64,000 nt of DNA from Octopus vulgaris (Eukaryota). Positions 1 through 12,194 of this stretch are shown piece after piece. Every line of letters starts with the position of its first letter. Within the stretch, counting starts at the first letter, position 1. The stretch covers positions 107,384,001-107,448,000 of the forward strand of contig OX597820.1 of the NCBI GenBank assembly GCA_951406725.2. The letters run 5' to 3'. Under the pieces are notes generated by a model, which did not search any database, was not told the DNA's origin, and saw only the letters and a list, made by a program, of their open reading frames with translations. A program made the translations under genes and the position numbers.

Positions 1-1158
1 CATTTTTCTATAATGCTCTTCCATCTATCCAGAGGTCTTGCAAAGCCCCTCTTCCAAAATTCACTTGTCTGTGATGAAAAACACTCCTCCAGTACTGTTA
101 TAACCTCATCTACATAATTCATATTTTTTCCGTCCATATGATTTTGAAGACTGCAATGTCCAGCGAATATGGTGGTTGGGGCATCGTTTCCCATTCAAGC
201 TGCTCCAGCCTTTGGAATGTCATCCTCACTGTATGTGGCCGAGCATAATCTTGATAGAAGAACATCTTTCATCTTGAAACCAAAGATGGTCGTTTTCCTT
301 CTAGTGCTGACTTAAGCTGCTCAAGCTACTCACAATAGATCTCCTTTGTTATTGTTTGGTTTGGGTTTAAAAGTTCAAAGTGGACTAAACCTTTCATATC
401 CCACCAAACAGATAAGAACACCTTATGTGGGTGAAGACCTTCTTTAGCCTGGGGTGTTGGTGTTTCTCCTTTCCCTACTCACTGTCTCCAGTGCTTGACA
501 TTTTTATAAAGAACCCATTTCTCATCACCAGTCACTATTCAGTCCAAAAAATGGTTCATTCGTGAGATGTGACAGCAAAGAAGAGCACACATTTACTCTC
601 TGTGTGCAATTAGACTCAGAAAGTTTGTGAGGAACCCATTGACCTAATTTGCTGACTTTTCAATGGCACTCAGGTGTTGATGAATGAATGAATAACCAAA
701 TCCAAGCTTCTCTACTAGTTCATCAACAGTTATGATTTCCACCAGAGTTTGCAGGACATCCTCATCAAGCTCTACAGATCTTCCAGGATGAGGCTCAACT
801 TCTAGGCAGTAGTTTCCGGTTTAGAATTTCTGGAACCACTATTGACACTGGCTTACACTTATTGTCCAATCCCCATGTACTGCATTAATATTCCTTACAC
901 TTTCTGTTGCGTAGTTGCCTTTATTGAACTCATAAAGCAAAATATGCTGAATATGCTCCTTTGTCACTTCCATTATAGCTTTGAAAAGATAACTGTTAAA
1001 ATCAAACTGCACTCTTCAAAACTTACACTAAGAATAAGTACAAGGTAAAATTACTACCTGTTTTTAGAGCAAGTTGATGTTGATAGTTTATCCCATCTCC
1101 CTCTGACTTTTAGTTCATGCAATTGGAAAAACCACATTATTTATGGGATAACTCAATA
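1..1158 (-). mobile_element. Decayed mariner DNA transposon (transposase pseudogene, ATG ~973, running off the window start)
   Basis: Minus-strand VTGDEKW and HPHKV..SVWWD-like motifs broken by stops; TIR ttatgggataactcaata at ~1141-1158, same as at 52920-52937. Confidence 0.85.
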
Positions 1159-1776
1159 TTATGTTAGATCTTTCTGTACAACCATCCACACACACAACAA
1201 CAATAAGAATAACCAGTGTAAATGTTGGCTGATTGATTTGTTGATGGTTGATTTCTCCACTCACACTTTACATCATATAGAAAGATGGTGAGAGAGTAAA
1301 AGAGAGATACAAAGAGAGTTAAAAGAAGCAGTTCATGTCAGTAGAGAAATACTGAAATTGACAACCAGTGACAGAAGAATGGTAAAAAAGCTATGCAGTT
1401 GTTGCACGGTAAATACATGACATATGCTTACACACACACTCTCACATACAATCTTCTGTTGATGACACACACATACATAATGACATAAGAGCTTAAACAG
1501 AAGGATAAGCTTGACAACCAGTTGATAGGATGAGGTAAAGAAGCAGTAGGTTTATATAGCCGTATGTAGTTGGCTGTAGCTGAAAAAAGGTTCTGCAATA
1601 GTTAATATTCATTGCAATGAAAATTTTCCTTACATGCTTTCTAAGTAAGACATTTGCTAGCAGAGTAAGCTTTTTTTCATTGATCACTAGGGCATTTGCT
1701 AATTTGAGAATTTATAGCAATTTTTTGAAAAATATGAAAATATCACTATGATTGCTACAATAATACACTTTTGAAG

Positions 1777-1985
1777 GGCAGTGAGCTGGCAGAAACGTTA
1801 GCACATTGGGCGAAATGCTTAGCGGTATTTCATCTGTCTTTATGTTCTGAGTTCAAATTCCGCTGAGGTCGACTTTGCCTTTCATCCTTTCGAGGTTGAT
1901 AAATTAAGTACCAGTTGCGTACTGGGATTGATCTAATCGACTCACCACCCCCAAAAAACTTTTGGGCCTTGTTTCTAGAGTAGAA
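1777..1985 (+). mobile_element. tRNA-derived SINE with MetaSINE/Sauria-like central domain
   Basis: tRNA-like head with GTTCAAATTC B-box, then gactttgcctttcatcctttcgaggttgataaattaagtacc; further copies at 25355-25570 and 34525-35220. Confidence 0.7.
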
Positions 1986-2378
1986 AAAAAGAATACACTT
2001 TTGTCACTGTGAGTAATATCAAGTAAAATAACATGCATAAAATAATTATAATTTAAGTTTTATCAAATTACTCATGATGACATAAGTAAACTTCCAAAAT
2101 TACCCATTATAAAACAGGTAACATTTGTTTGTTTGTATGTATGGATGGATGGCTAGATGGATGCATGCATTATATTCTCCAACACAGAAGGCAGCTACTT
2201 CAACCAAAATCAATAAATGAAATTCAACATAGTCTAAGAACTTTTTCTCCATGAAATGAGAAAGGTTGACCCCCAACTACAAAGCCCTTTGTATTTAGAT
2301 AATACAATAACTTTTAAGTAGATTAAAACAGACAACTATTTTGGCAATACTGAATGACAAGAAAACTGTGTTACTCAC

Positions 2379-2520
2379 AAAAAAAGCTTGGATACTCAGT
2401 TTATGAAGTGAAGGTTGTCGGTTGAAAAGCACAATGTCTCCATCTATCATGTGACGCTCAACAATATCACCAAATCTCAACTCACCAGCTATTTTCATAC
2501 GATTTCCATAGCGAAGGAAT
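2379..2520 (-). CDS. POLR3A: POLR3A internal exon (142 bp), [47 protein letters not shown]
   Basis: [11 protein letters not shown] motif of RNAP largest subunits; ttacag| acceptor, |gtgagt donor. Confidence 0.96.
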
Positions 2521-3539
2521 CTGTAAAGCAACAAAAACCACAATCACCAATGACAAAAATGTTTTGTCAAACTGAAAATTTAGAGAAACCAAGTACATCA
2601 GTAGAGAAAACAACTATACCAGAGATATTAGTCTGTTCAAGCCTTTGTTGAAGACTTGGTTTTAATATTGGCATGCAACAAAAACAAAAAACTAAAAAAA
2701 AACATTCCAAGAGATTCACAAGATAATATTAAAATCTACAGAACCATGAGTACAGGAGCTCTTAACATTAGTTGCCAAAAATACTGTTTGATGCCTCATT
2801 GAAAAACCTAACTTCAAATGAAAGTATATCAAAGTAAAGAATATTTTAGAGTTACAATGAAAAATGCTTGGAAAATACTTAAAATTATTGTCAGTATACT
2901 GGCATGGAGGAAATAAATGTAAAATAAGAAAAATTAATTCCTTCTGACATGGCAGAATATATGTAAAATATGTCATATGGTATTAGGCAATAATATATAG
3001 TGAAATGTTTAATAATTACTGCAAATGGAAAAAAAAAAATTGAGAAAGAGAATATATGCTCAACAGCAGAAGTACCATCATTTTGATTCACTGGAATCTT
3101 TGTTATATATGAAGTGGTTGAAATAAACTTTCTCAACCAGTTGTAAACAATTTGTGGTATGGCCATCATTATTCTGTTAATGATGTAATGTTTATAGTGA
3201 AACAGAGAAGAAAACTTAATACAGATAGAAGATAAAAATTAAAAAAATTAAATACAAAACTGAAAAATGGTTAGTTTACATCATAGGATTAAATCTGTAT
3301 CTATAAATTAAGGTTGTGTGTTTAAGAAGTTTGCTCCCACTCTGTGACACATTGGACAAGTGTTTTCTATAATAGCCCTAGCCTGAGCAAATCCTTGAGA
3401 GTGGATTTGGAAACTGAAAGGAACATACTGACCACACACACACATATATATAAAAGTTAGCATATATATATACGTAGATATATATATATATATATATATC
3501 TATATACTTAGATATATATATATATATATATATATACGT

Positions 3540-3583
<44 letters not shown>

Positions 3584-3584
3584 T

Positions 3585-3785
3585 CTCTTTTACTTGTTTC
3601 AGTCATTTGACTGCGGCCATGCTGGAGCACCGCCTTTAGTCGAGCAAATCGATCCTGGGACTTATTCTTTGTAAGCCCAGTACATATTCTATCGGTCTCT
3701 TTTGCCGAACCACTAAGTGACGGGGACGTAAACATACCAGCATCGATTGTCAAGCAATGCTAGAGGGACAAACACAGACACACAA

Positions 3786-3836
<51 letters not shown>

Positions 3837-3980
3837 TACGACAGGCTTCTTTCAGTTTCCGTCTACCAAATTCACTCACAAGGCATTGGTCGGCCCGGGG
3901 CTATAGCAGAAGACACTTGCCCAAGATGCCACGCAGTGGGACTGAACCCGAAACCATGTGGTTGGTTAGCAAGCTACTTA
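3585..3980 (-). mobile_element. tRNA-derived SINE (octopus OR-type) within (TA)n
   Basis: Minus-strand head ggagtggctgtgtggtaag...ggttcagtcccactgcg; related pieces at 29760-29880, 30340-30525, 33940-34045, 38490-38716. Confidence 0.75.
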
Positions 3981-4295
3981 CCACACAGCCACTCCTGCAC
4001 CTATATATATTTAAAAAGGGTTGAATGTGGTTCGTCCTTTAATTGGAGTAGTTTCCAAAAGATTTCTAACGTTGATTCTTTATACTTTACATTGAATTTA
4101 CTGATGAAAACTGGTGTAGATATGAAAAGTTATATAAGAATATTAATTATATATAATTTATGTTATAGAACAAAATTCGACAATTTCAAACATATTTTTC
4201 ATAAATGGAGGAGATTAGATGTTAATATAGAATTATTATTATTTTTTTTTTTTGCTATACGATCGTTTCATACAGAAAGACAATTCATTTTCAGA

Positions 4296-4830
4296 ATCTG
4301 CCTGCCTGCGTGTGTCTTCTAGGATCTCGGGCATCCTCCATCCAATTGCGCTCAAATTTGATATGTAGATACCGACAGTATCAGGGCATGTATGAGTCTT
4401 GAAAAAATTACAAAAATCGATTCTAGGTGAGAATATGATCGATAAAGCTGTTTTTGTCCTGCCTTTCTTCCGTCAACCTGTACATAACTGCACCTTCCAT
4501 TTTTTGTTGATTTTGTACTGCTTAAAGGCACGTTTCTTTCCTGCCAAGCTTACTATTTCAACCATGTTTGTATTCTCCCAGTCAACAGCTTTATCATTAC
4601 TGGTACTTTAAACCCTTCGGTTGCATATTTGTGTGAATAAAATTGTTTTCCTTTGGAATAGAAAAAAGTCTATCTTTATTTCTTCTTTTGCTGGTGTCTC
4701 AAATTTAGGTTAAATCAGTGTTTCTCAAAGGGGAGGCCTATGGGACAGTTGGACAAGTTGTTTTGAAGAAAATTTGGTTTAAATGTTTGACAACTCAGCA
4801 CCGTCCATTGGGCGGAGGGCGTTTTGCTCG
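4296..4830 (+). mobile_element. Short non-autonomous Helitron unit, 5'-truncated
   Basis: Shares a ~150 bp 5' block and the ggttaaatcagtgtttctcaaa block with the next element; ends in hairpin ccgtcc-attg-ggcgg then CTCG. Confidence 0.6.
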
Positions 4831-7800
4831 TCTATTATATAAAATCCATTCTATCTGTCTGTGTGTGTCTTTTAGGATCTCGGGCATCCTCCATCCGACT
4901 GCGCTCAAATTTGATATGTAGATACTGACGGTATCAGGGCGTGTATAAGTCTTGAAAAAATTACAAAAATCAATTCCAGATGAGAATGCGATCGATAAAG
5001 CCATGGGAATGTGCATTTGTATGCGCAAGTATATCAGCTGTTGTGATCGATACTACACATACGCGAGAAAAATGCACATGCAGTTTGTGCAAAGAAAGCC
5101 AACTGGCTTGAAATAATGCCACAAAATGCAGTATATTTAAGAGACCAAAAAAGTAAGATGCAAAAGAGATATTTTCTTCAAACTTGGTATGAAGGAAGGA
5201 AAGACTGTTTGGTTTCTTAAGAAGTATTTTTTTGCTTTAACTTCGTTTAACAAAACCAAGGTTAAATCAGTGTTTCTCAAAAGGGAGTTATTTTCACAAT
5301 TTATCCAGTACAACCCTTAAACAAGTAAATACTATTTTCCTAAACAATAGACCCACTTATTTCAGTTAGTGACTTATTCACAAATATACCATGAATGACA
5401 ATGCTTTCCATGTCACTTTAGCCAATTGATAAGCGCTGCATGAAGAACTGTTCTGCTTGTCATCACAAAGGTTACACTCTGTTTACATGTAGGAACACCT
5501 TCTTAACATCTAACTGTACATCTTGAAAATGGACAGTGTGTATATTTCACAGAAGACAATGCTTGAAACATAGTTATGAATCTACCAGGAACCACTTTGA
5601 CAGCTTTCTTCAAATTATGCCAATGTGATCTGCCCGAACACTGTTATATGCAGAGATGTACTACACCTTGGCACACAATAGATGGAACAGACGCAAGAAA
5701 GGAGCATGCGTTGAAGGTTGGGAAGAAGATGCTGTCTTCAGACGTGGGGCTATTGGGCAGGTGTACACTGTGCACCCTAATCAGCCAGAGTGCTTCCTTC
5801 TGCATCTGCTGCTACACACTGTCAGAGGTTCTACATCATTCCAAGACCTTCGAAGACAGAATGGGGAAGTCTGCAAAACCTACAGAGAAGCCTGCACCAA
5901 ACATGGACTACTGGAGGATAATACTACCCAGACACAACAGGAGACAGCAGTAAGCAGAGCACCAAGTCAACTGTGCCCACTATTGTCTATCATGATGATG
6001 ACATGTGGCTTGCATGAACCTCTCATGCTTTGGGCGACCCACAAAACCAGCATGACAGAGGATATCCTACAAAGGCTTCAAAGGCAAACCTCAGTGGAAA
6101 TTACCACATTCAATAACACCATTTACAATGAGGCATTACTCAATCTGGACACCTGAGTGCAAGCTATGGGAGGTCAAGGTATTTCCACATTTGGTCTGCC
6201 TCAACCGGAGCAGACAGCGAACAATCTCGCAATTGAGTACCTGCGAGAAATCAGCTATGACATCGTGGAAATGATAGGCGTATGTAGCTGATAAAGAACA
6301 CAAACTGATGGAGTACCAACTGGGTATTTTTAACACCATTATTTTGAGCATTGAAAGTGAAAGAAGAGGTCTTTTCTTTCTGGATGCTCCAGGTGGAACT
6401 GGCGAAACATTTTTCATCAACCTTCTTCTGGCTACACTGCACCAAATGAAACACATTGCCATAGCAGTGGTGTCAAGTGGAATAACTACAACACTGCAAA
6501 GTGGTGGCCACACAGCACATTCCTGTTTCAAACTTCCTTTGGACCTGTCCAAGAAAGAGAAGGCAAACTGCAACTGGAATGAAGCAACAATGAGCCATGA
6601 GGTTTCCTTTGAAGCTCTTGACATGGCCCTTAAGGATCTGCAACACAACACCAGGCTCATGGGAAGTGCTACAGTCTTGTTTGCAGAAGATTTTAGACAA
6701 ACCGTTCCTGCAGTTCCAAAGGAGACAAAAGCTGATGAAGTAAATGCCAGTATAAAGTCCTCCTACCTATAGAGCAATGTGCAAAAGCAGAGACTCACAA
6801 CCAACATGAGAGTGCAGCTCAGTGGTGATGGTTGCAGACAGAACCTTTTCAAAGCAACTGTTAGACGTCGATAATAGCACATTGGTTGGCAAGAAGGATG
6901 GCCAGGTAAGCTTGCCTTTTGGACATATGGTATCTGATTTAAAAGAACTAATGAATAAGGTGTTTCCTAACCTGAGGAATCAGTTTACAGATCACAACTT
7001 GCTGAAAACCCATACCATTTTGGCTCCAAAGAATGAGGCAGTTGAAGATTTCAACATCAAACTTCTGGAACAGTTGTCAGGTGAACATAACATCTATAAT
7101 TCCATTGATGCTGTACTCAACATTGATGAAGCTGTGAATTATCCAGCTGAGTACTTGAATAGTCTAACACTACCTGGCCTCCCACCTCACAACTTGCACC
7201 TCAAGATTGGGGCACCAGTTATGCTGCTTCAAAACCTCAATCCACCACAGCTTTGCAATGGCACACAATTTATAATAAAGAAGATGATGCCAACAGTCTT
7301 GGCTACAGCGATTTTGACTGGTAAAGCAAGCAGTAAGCCTCTATTCATTCCTAGAATTCCACTTATTCCCTCAGATGTACCTTTCCAGTACAAGTGCCTG
7401 CAATACCCATTGAAACTGAGCTTTGCAATGAGCAGTCCTTTGATGTGGTAGGTCTGAACCTTGCAGAACCAGTTTTCTCCCATGGCCAACTTTATGTGGG
7501 ATACTCAAGAGTTGGCAATCCTAATCATTTGTTTTTTTTATGCCCCACAAAGAAAGACCAAAAATGTTGTTTATCAAGAATCTCTGCAAACTTAATAAGA
7601 TTCACCAGATCATCAGGTATTTATTATTTAACTGTAATATTTCTAAGTGTTTTAAATGTATTGATAATCTACATGTTATTTTATTTTTAAGTCTACATGC
7701 AAATTTATTTGTATGTCTACTATGAAACTAAATGTCAGTCTGTTTCTACATTCATTGTAAATCTATTTCAATACAAGTGCCCCTGTATTCCCTGGGAACA

Positions 7801-8318
7801 CTCAAAAGCCCTTTTCAGAGTTATTTACTTTGAATTGTTATCATCTCATATCCGATTAGCCTGTTATTATGTAACATGCTTCACGATTTTTAGTATACAC
7901 GCACTGCTAAGTGGACTGTTTGGTCGTTTTTAAATGGCGGTGCCCCAGTATGGCCATAGCTCATGAGCTGAAACTAAATAAAATACATACTTTATTGGTA
8001 TTTCCTCCTGAATTCTATATACTATGGGAACGTATTAAAGCCCTTTTCAGGGCTACTTTATTTGAATTTTTACTATTGGCAAACAAATTTCATGTTATTA
8101 CATAACTGACTTCACAATTTGGGTATTCATAACTTATTGGGAATTCGTAAAAAGAGATCCTATGTAAGACAGTTTGGTATTCTCTGTAAATGCACAAAAA
8201 CCGTTTTAAGGGCTAAATACTTTGTATTGCTGTTATTGGATTAGTGAAACAATTATGAGAATAGAACCAAGGGATATAAGTCCTGGTTTTTCTGGGAATT
8301 ACCAGGTACATCAACTAG
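4831..8318 (+). mobile_element. Helitron with decayed RepHel (PIF1-like helicase) pseudogene ~5440-7590
   Basis: 5' TCtattatataaa; ORF pieces HLENGQ.VYF, LLLHTVRG, DAPGGTGETF (Walker A K>E), DFRQT.P, PPHNLHLKIGAPVMLL.NLNPPQLCNGT, FSHGQLYV.YSRV; 3' cctggt..accagg inverted repeat then CTAG|T. Confidence 0.9.
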
Positions 8319-9136
8319 TTATGTATATATATAACTATGTATGACGCAAAAACTTTTTTTTTTTCAGTAAGCATATTCATCTATATATATTCTTAATTTT
8401 TGCAATCTCCGTAGCAGACATAAACTAAACCATCTTTTTCTCTCCTACACTAGTCAATATTCGAAAATATTTACTTTCCCTTAAATTATTCTCAAATCTT
8501 TAATATATTAATTTTTCTATATATTATTCCATAGATGATTTATAGTTTTATCAGCAGACATTATCAGTAAAATACCCTCTCATCTTCATATTTTATTTAT
8601 TATTCTTATAATTTTTATTCTTTTTTATATCGTTTTATAAACTGCTTTTAGTATCTACTATGTTACTGCTTCGACTACTTTCTGTAATATCTACTTATCT
8701 CCTTCTATAATTCTGACATGTTATTTACATAAAACATTCTATTATAAAGTTTATATATCACTAACCATTTATGATTACTTTTAAACACTTTTTTAATTTA
8801 TAAAGAAACCAAAATGATTATTAATAGTTTAAATATAAATTTCAATCTCCAGTATTTAAAATCCTGTACTTCCTTATTTGGATATTCTTTTTTCAACACC
8901 ACTTGCTTCTTACTTCTTATATGGGAATTTAAAATTATACTGATCTATAGAAAGAAAGTTACCTATATTTCTATACTATATATCATCACCTAACCGTTAC
9001 CCGATTATCGTGATTTAAACAGACATGACTCCCAAGAACAGTTACACAGTACAAAAATTAGTAAGAACACCATACCCATGTAATTCTAAAGTCCCCCTTT
9101 TTTCTTTATTCAGTTCTTATTATTTTTATCTTATTG

Positions 9137-9188
9137 TGCTACTGATGAGTACTCTTTGACAACTTTCTCTACGAAATGATCACATAGT
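9137..9188 (+). ncRNA. Degenerate hammerhead ribozyme motif in a probable Penelope-like terminal remnant (~8340-9300)
   Basis: gcta CTGATGA gta..tac GAAA tgatca CA tagt; cleavage triplet mutated. Confidence 0.45.
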
Positions 9189-9397
9189 GAAATAAATAAA
9201 AAATATTTTATTCCCTAAAAACCTCTAATCTTTTAGGTGTTTAACCTCTATTCATTAATAAATGTCTTTCCTCCTTCTTCATTGTTAAAAGTAAAGAAGG
9301 TAGAAAAGATCAATCGTATTTCAGTCTAATTGGCATTGTAAATGACTGATGTTTTCCTTTCTCTGTCCCTATCGCTTTACTCCTTTTCTCTGTGGTT

Positions 9398-9718
9398 AAG
9401 AGAAAGTGCATGGCCCACTGATTAGGGGTATTCAGCCCATGATTGTAAAGTCATGAGTATGATTCCCAATGGCACGCTGTGTTCTTGAGCAAAGTACTCT
9501 ACCTTGCTGCAGTCCACTCAGCTGGCAAAAATGAGTTGTAGCTGTAATTCAGAGGGGCCAGCCTTGTCACATTTTGTGCAAGGCTGAATCTCTCTGAGAA
9601 TTACATTATGGTATACATGTCTGTGGAGTACTCAGCCTCTTACTCATTAATTTTATGAGTAGACTGTTCCATTGATCAGATAAAGAGAAACCTCATCGTC
9701 ATAACTGACGCCGTGCCA
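9398..9718 (+). mobile_element. SINE (decayed tRNA head plus conserved cagtccactcagctggcaaaaatgagt core); partial second copy 10037-10185
   Basis: Two local copies with high similarity; SINE-like gtgttcttgagcaa segment. Confidence 0.55.
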
Positions 9719-11335
9719 TTTTTTAAAAAGAGTGAAAGAAAACGAAATGTTTCATATCGTAAGACAAAAATGTCATGTGTCTAGTATAAACAGTGAAAGC
9801 TAAGATGAAATAATTGCTATTCATTGTGTGTATCCGCCCTCGACCCCTGCTCAGTTTGATAACAACAACCTGTGCATCAGTGTTTATCTGGGGCCTTGGC
9901 CTCCACATCTGTGAGACCCACAAATGCCACTGTTGGGACTGAATTAACACCCCTAGAGACCCTAATGACTAAAAAGAATTTCCTGCCCCTATATAGGATC
10001 TTTTTTTTGTTTTCTTCCAAACACTTGAAGGTTTATCTTGCTCCAGTCCACTCAGCTGGCCAAAATGAGTTGTAGCTGTAACTCAAAGGGGCAGCCTTGT
10101 CATATTCTGTGTGAGGCTGAATCTCCCTGAGAACTATGTTAATGGTATGCATGTCTGTGGAGTACTCAGCCACTTGCGAGTTAATTTTATCCTTGTGTGG
10201 TAATGAAAAGTGAAAGTGACATCCAATATTTGCTGTAGTAATTTGTCTTTGATTTAACAATGTGTGTATAGATCTATCTATCAACTTTTCTTTCAATTTG
10301 CCTATCTACTTTTCTTGCAATGTGATAAACATTTAAAAACATAAAATGAACGTTGTCACCACTCACAGTCTCCCTCTCTCTCTTTTTCTCTTTCACTCAC
10401 GCTCTCTCTTTCTCTCTCACTTCCTCTCTGTCCTCCTCTCTCCCACTTTGCCACTCACTTCTTTCTTTAAATTAAGTGTGACACACACCACAGGTACTAC
10501 ATACAAAAACAACAAGTTTGTGTATTAATATTAGTGATTTTTTTTTTAAGACTTGACGTGTAACAAATATTACTGCAGAGATCAGAGTTACAAAGTACTT
10601 AATATCATTAAACAGTCATTCTTAATCTTGTGATAAAAATGGGGATACATTAGATTATTAATTCATTAGTATTCCTACAGTGGTAACCACTAACCAATTC
10701 CATGTTGTAATCTACCCAGCTAATACCCACAAGTGATAAGATTCAAACCAGTGTGTGTGTGAGTGTGTGCACACGCACACATGTATGTGTGTGTGTTATT
10801 TTTTTTTTCCTCTGTAGTTACTCATTCAAAAATCATGACGTGTAAGTAGTGTTATTGTTACTTCTACTGTCAATAAGCTGTCTGCTCACTTTAAATTTGT
10901 GTGGAAGAAGAGGTCCCTTACTTAAAAAATAGACATGCATTAGCATGAAAAAAGCATCTGGTTATAAAACAATGCTTCAATAACATATTCATCTAACCTA
11001 CGTTAACACGGAGAAATGGACATAAATCCAGTCAATAGGCTATGATGGTCAAACTGAAGAACAATTAAAAAACGCTGGTTCATCTATCTGCCATAACACC
11101 AAGTTTTATGAAAGGAAACAGCACATTAAATAGTGAATTCTGTGTTAGTGGTACTTATTTTATCAACTTGCAAAAGCAAAGAAGGACAAAACTGACATCA
11201 AAGGGATTTGAATTCGGATTATAGACGGCAACTTAAGCTTATAAGCCATTTAGTTTGTTGTTCAGTCACAACTGCTACATATCGATTCTGTAACCAGAGA
11301 TTAACATGAATATTATAATAATAAAAATGGTTTAC

Positions 11336-11487
11336 TTTTTAACTTTGGTCCCTCGATGCTCAATGAAGTTTGCCCCTGGATGATGATCTGGTCCATTTGT
11401 TACCATTTTTTTCAGCATGACAATATTAGCCTTGTTTACTCTCTCTGGATAGGTAAGAATCTTTGCAACATGTACTGGTACAGAAAC
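11336..11487 (-). CDS. POLR3A: POLR3A internal exon (152 bp), [50 protein letters not shown]
   Basis: Within ORF 11332..11577; matches RPC1 [17 protein letters not shown]...NGPEVHPGANF; tttcag| acceptor, |gtaaac donor. Confidence 0.96.
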
Positions 11488-11545
11488 CTGAAAAAAGAAG
11501 ATGGCGAATAGGAAAAAAACCTTTTTGTTTATATATATATATACA

Positions 11546-12022
11546 CACATAAAAATATAGTGTTCATTAGAACACATTAAGAGGCTTCCAAATAGGAAAG
11601 CCTTGTGCTAGAAAAAGCAGTAGAAAACTCAAACCACTAATTATGGATAAATTCTTGAAAGGATTGAAAATTAAAAACATTTACCATCTAATTTAGTTCC
11701 TAGACCAAGGTTTCTAACTCATTCCAGTAAAAAAATATTTACCGAGGCTAGTTTTCGTCAGTAGGGAGCCTTTAGATTTCAAATATACACACAACTAGAT
11801 TTGCATGTAAACCAGTTGCCTGTATATCCTAATTTTTCCAAACAACCGCGTCGATGCAGTTTATTTCCAGCAACAGAGAGGATGCCGGTAAAATTTCAAA
11901 CAAATCTATCAAAAAATATTTAAACATGATAAATAATATTAGGGTAATAAGAATTATTAGCACAAGGCTTTCCTATTTGGAAGCCTCTTAATGTGTTCTA
12001 ATGAACACGATATTTTTATGTG
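11546..12022. mobile_element. MITE with ~85 bp terminal inverted repeats
   Basis: cacataaaaatatagtgttcattagaacacattaagaggcttccaaataggaaagccttgtgcta is mirrored at 11957-12022. Confidence 0.8.
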
Positions 12023-12194
12023 AATAATATATAGTCTATTGACTTTTTTTTTTGTTCTAGGCCACTGGTAATAATAATTTCTATAATTTCTATAATTGCG
12101 AAGACCCGACAAACAATGTAAGTTCATGGCTGTTTCCTGCACCAGTTTGTGCCACGATTGGTTGGTGCCAACATTGGTTCCTGCCATGATTGGT

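Noticed and set aside
1777-3980. tRNA-like A/B boxes as tRNA genes
   Set aside because: No complete cloverleaf; they continue into multi-copy SINE bodies
6308-7590. Host PIF1 helicase gene
   Set aside because: Intronless, disrupted, preceded by Helitron Rep-linker motifs and bounded by Helitron termini
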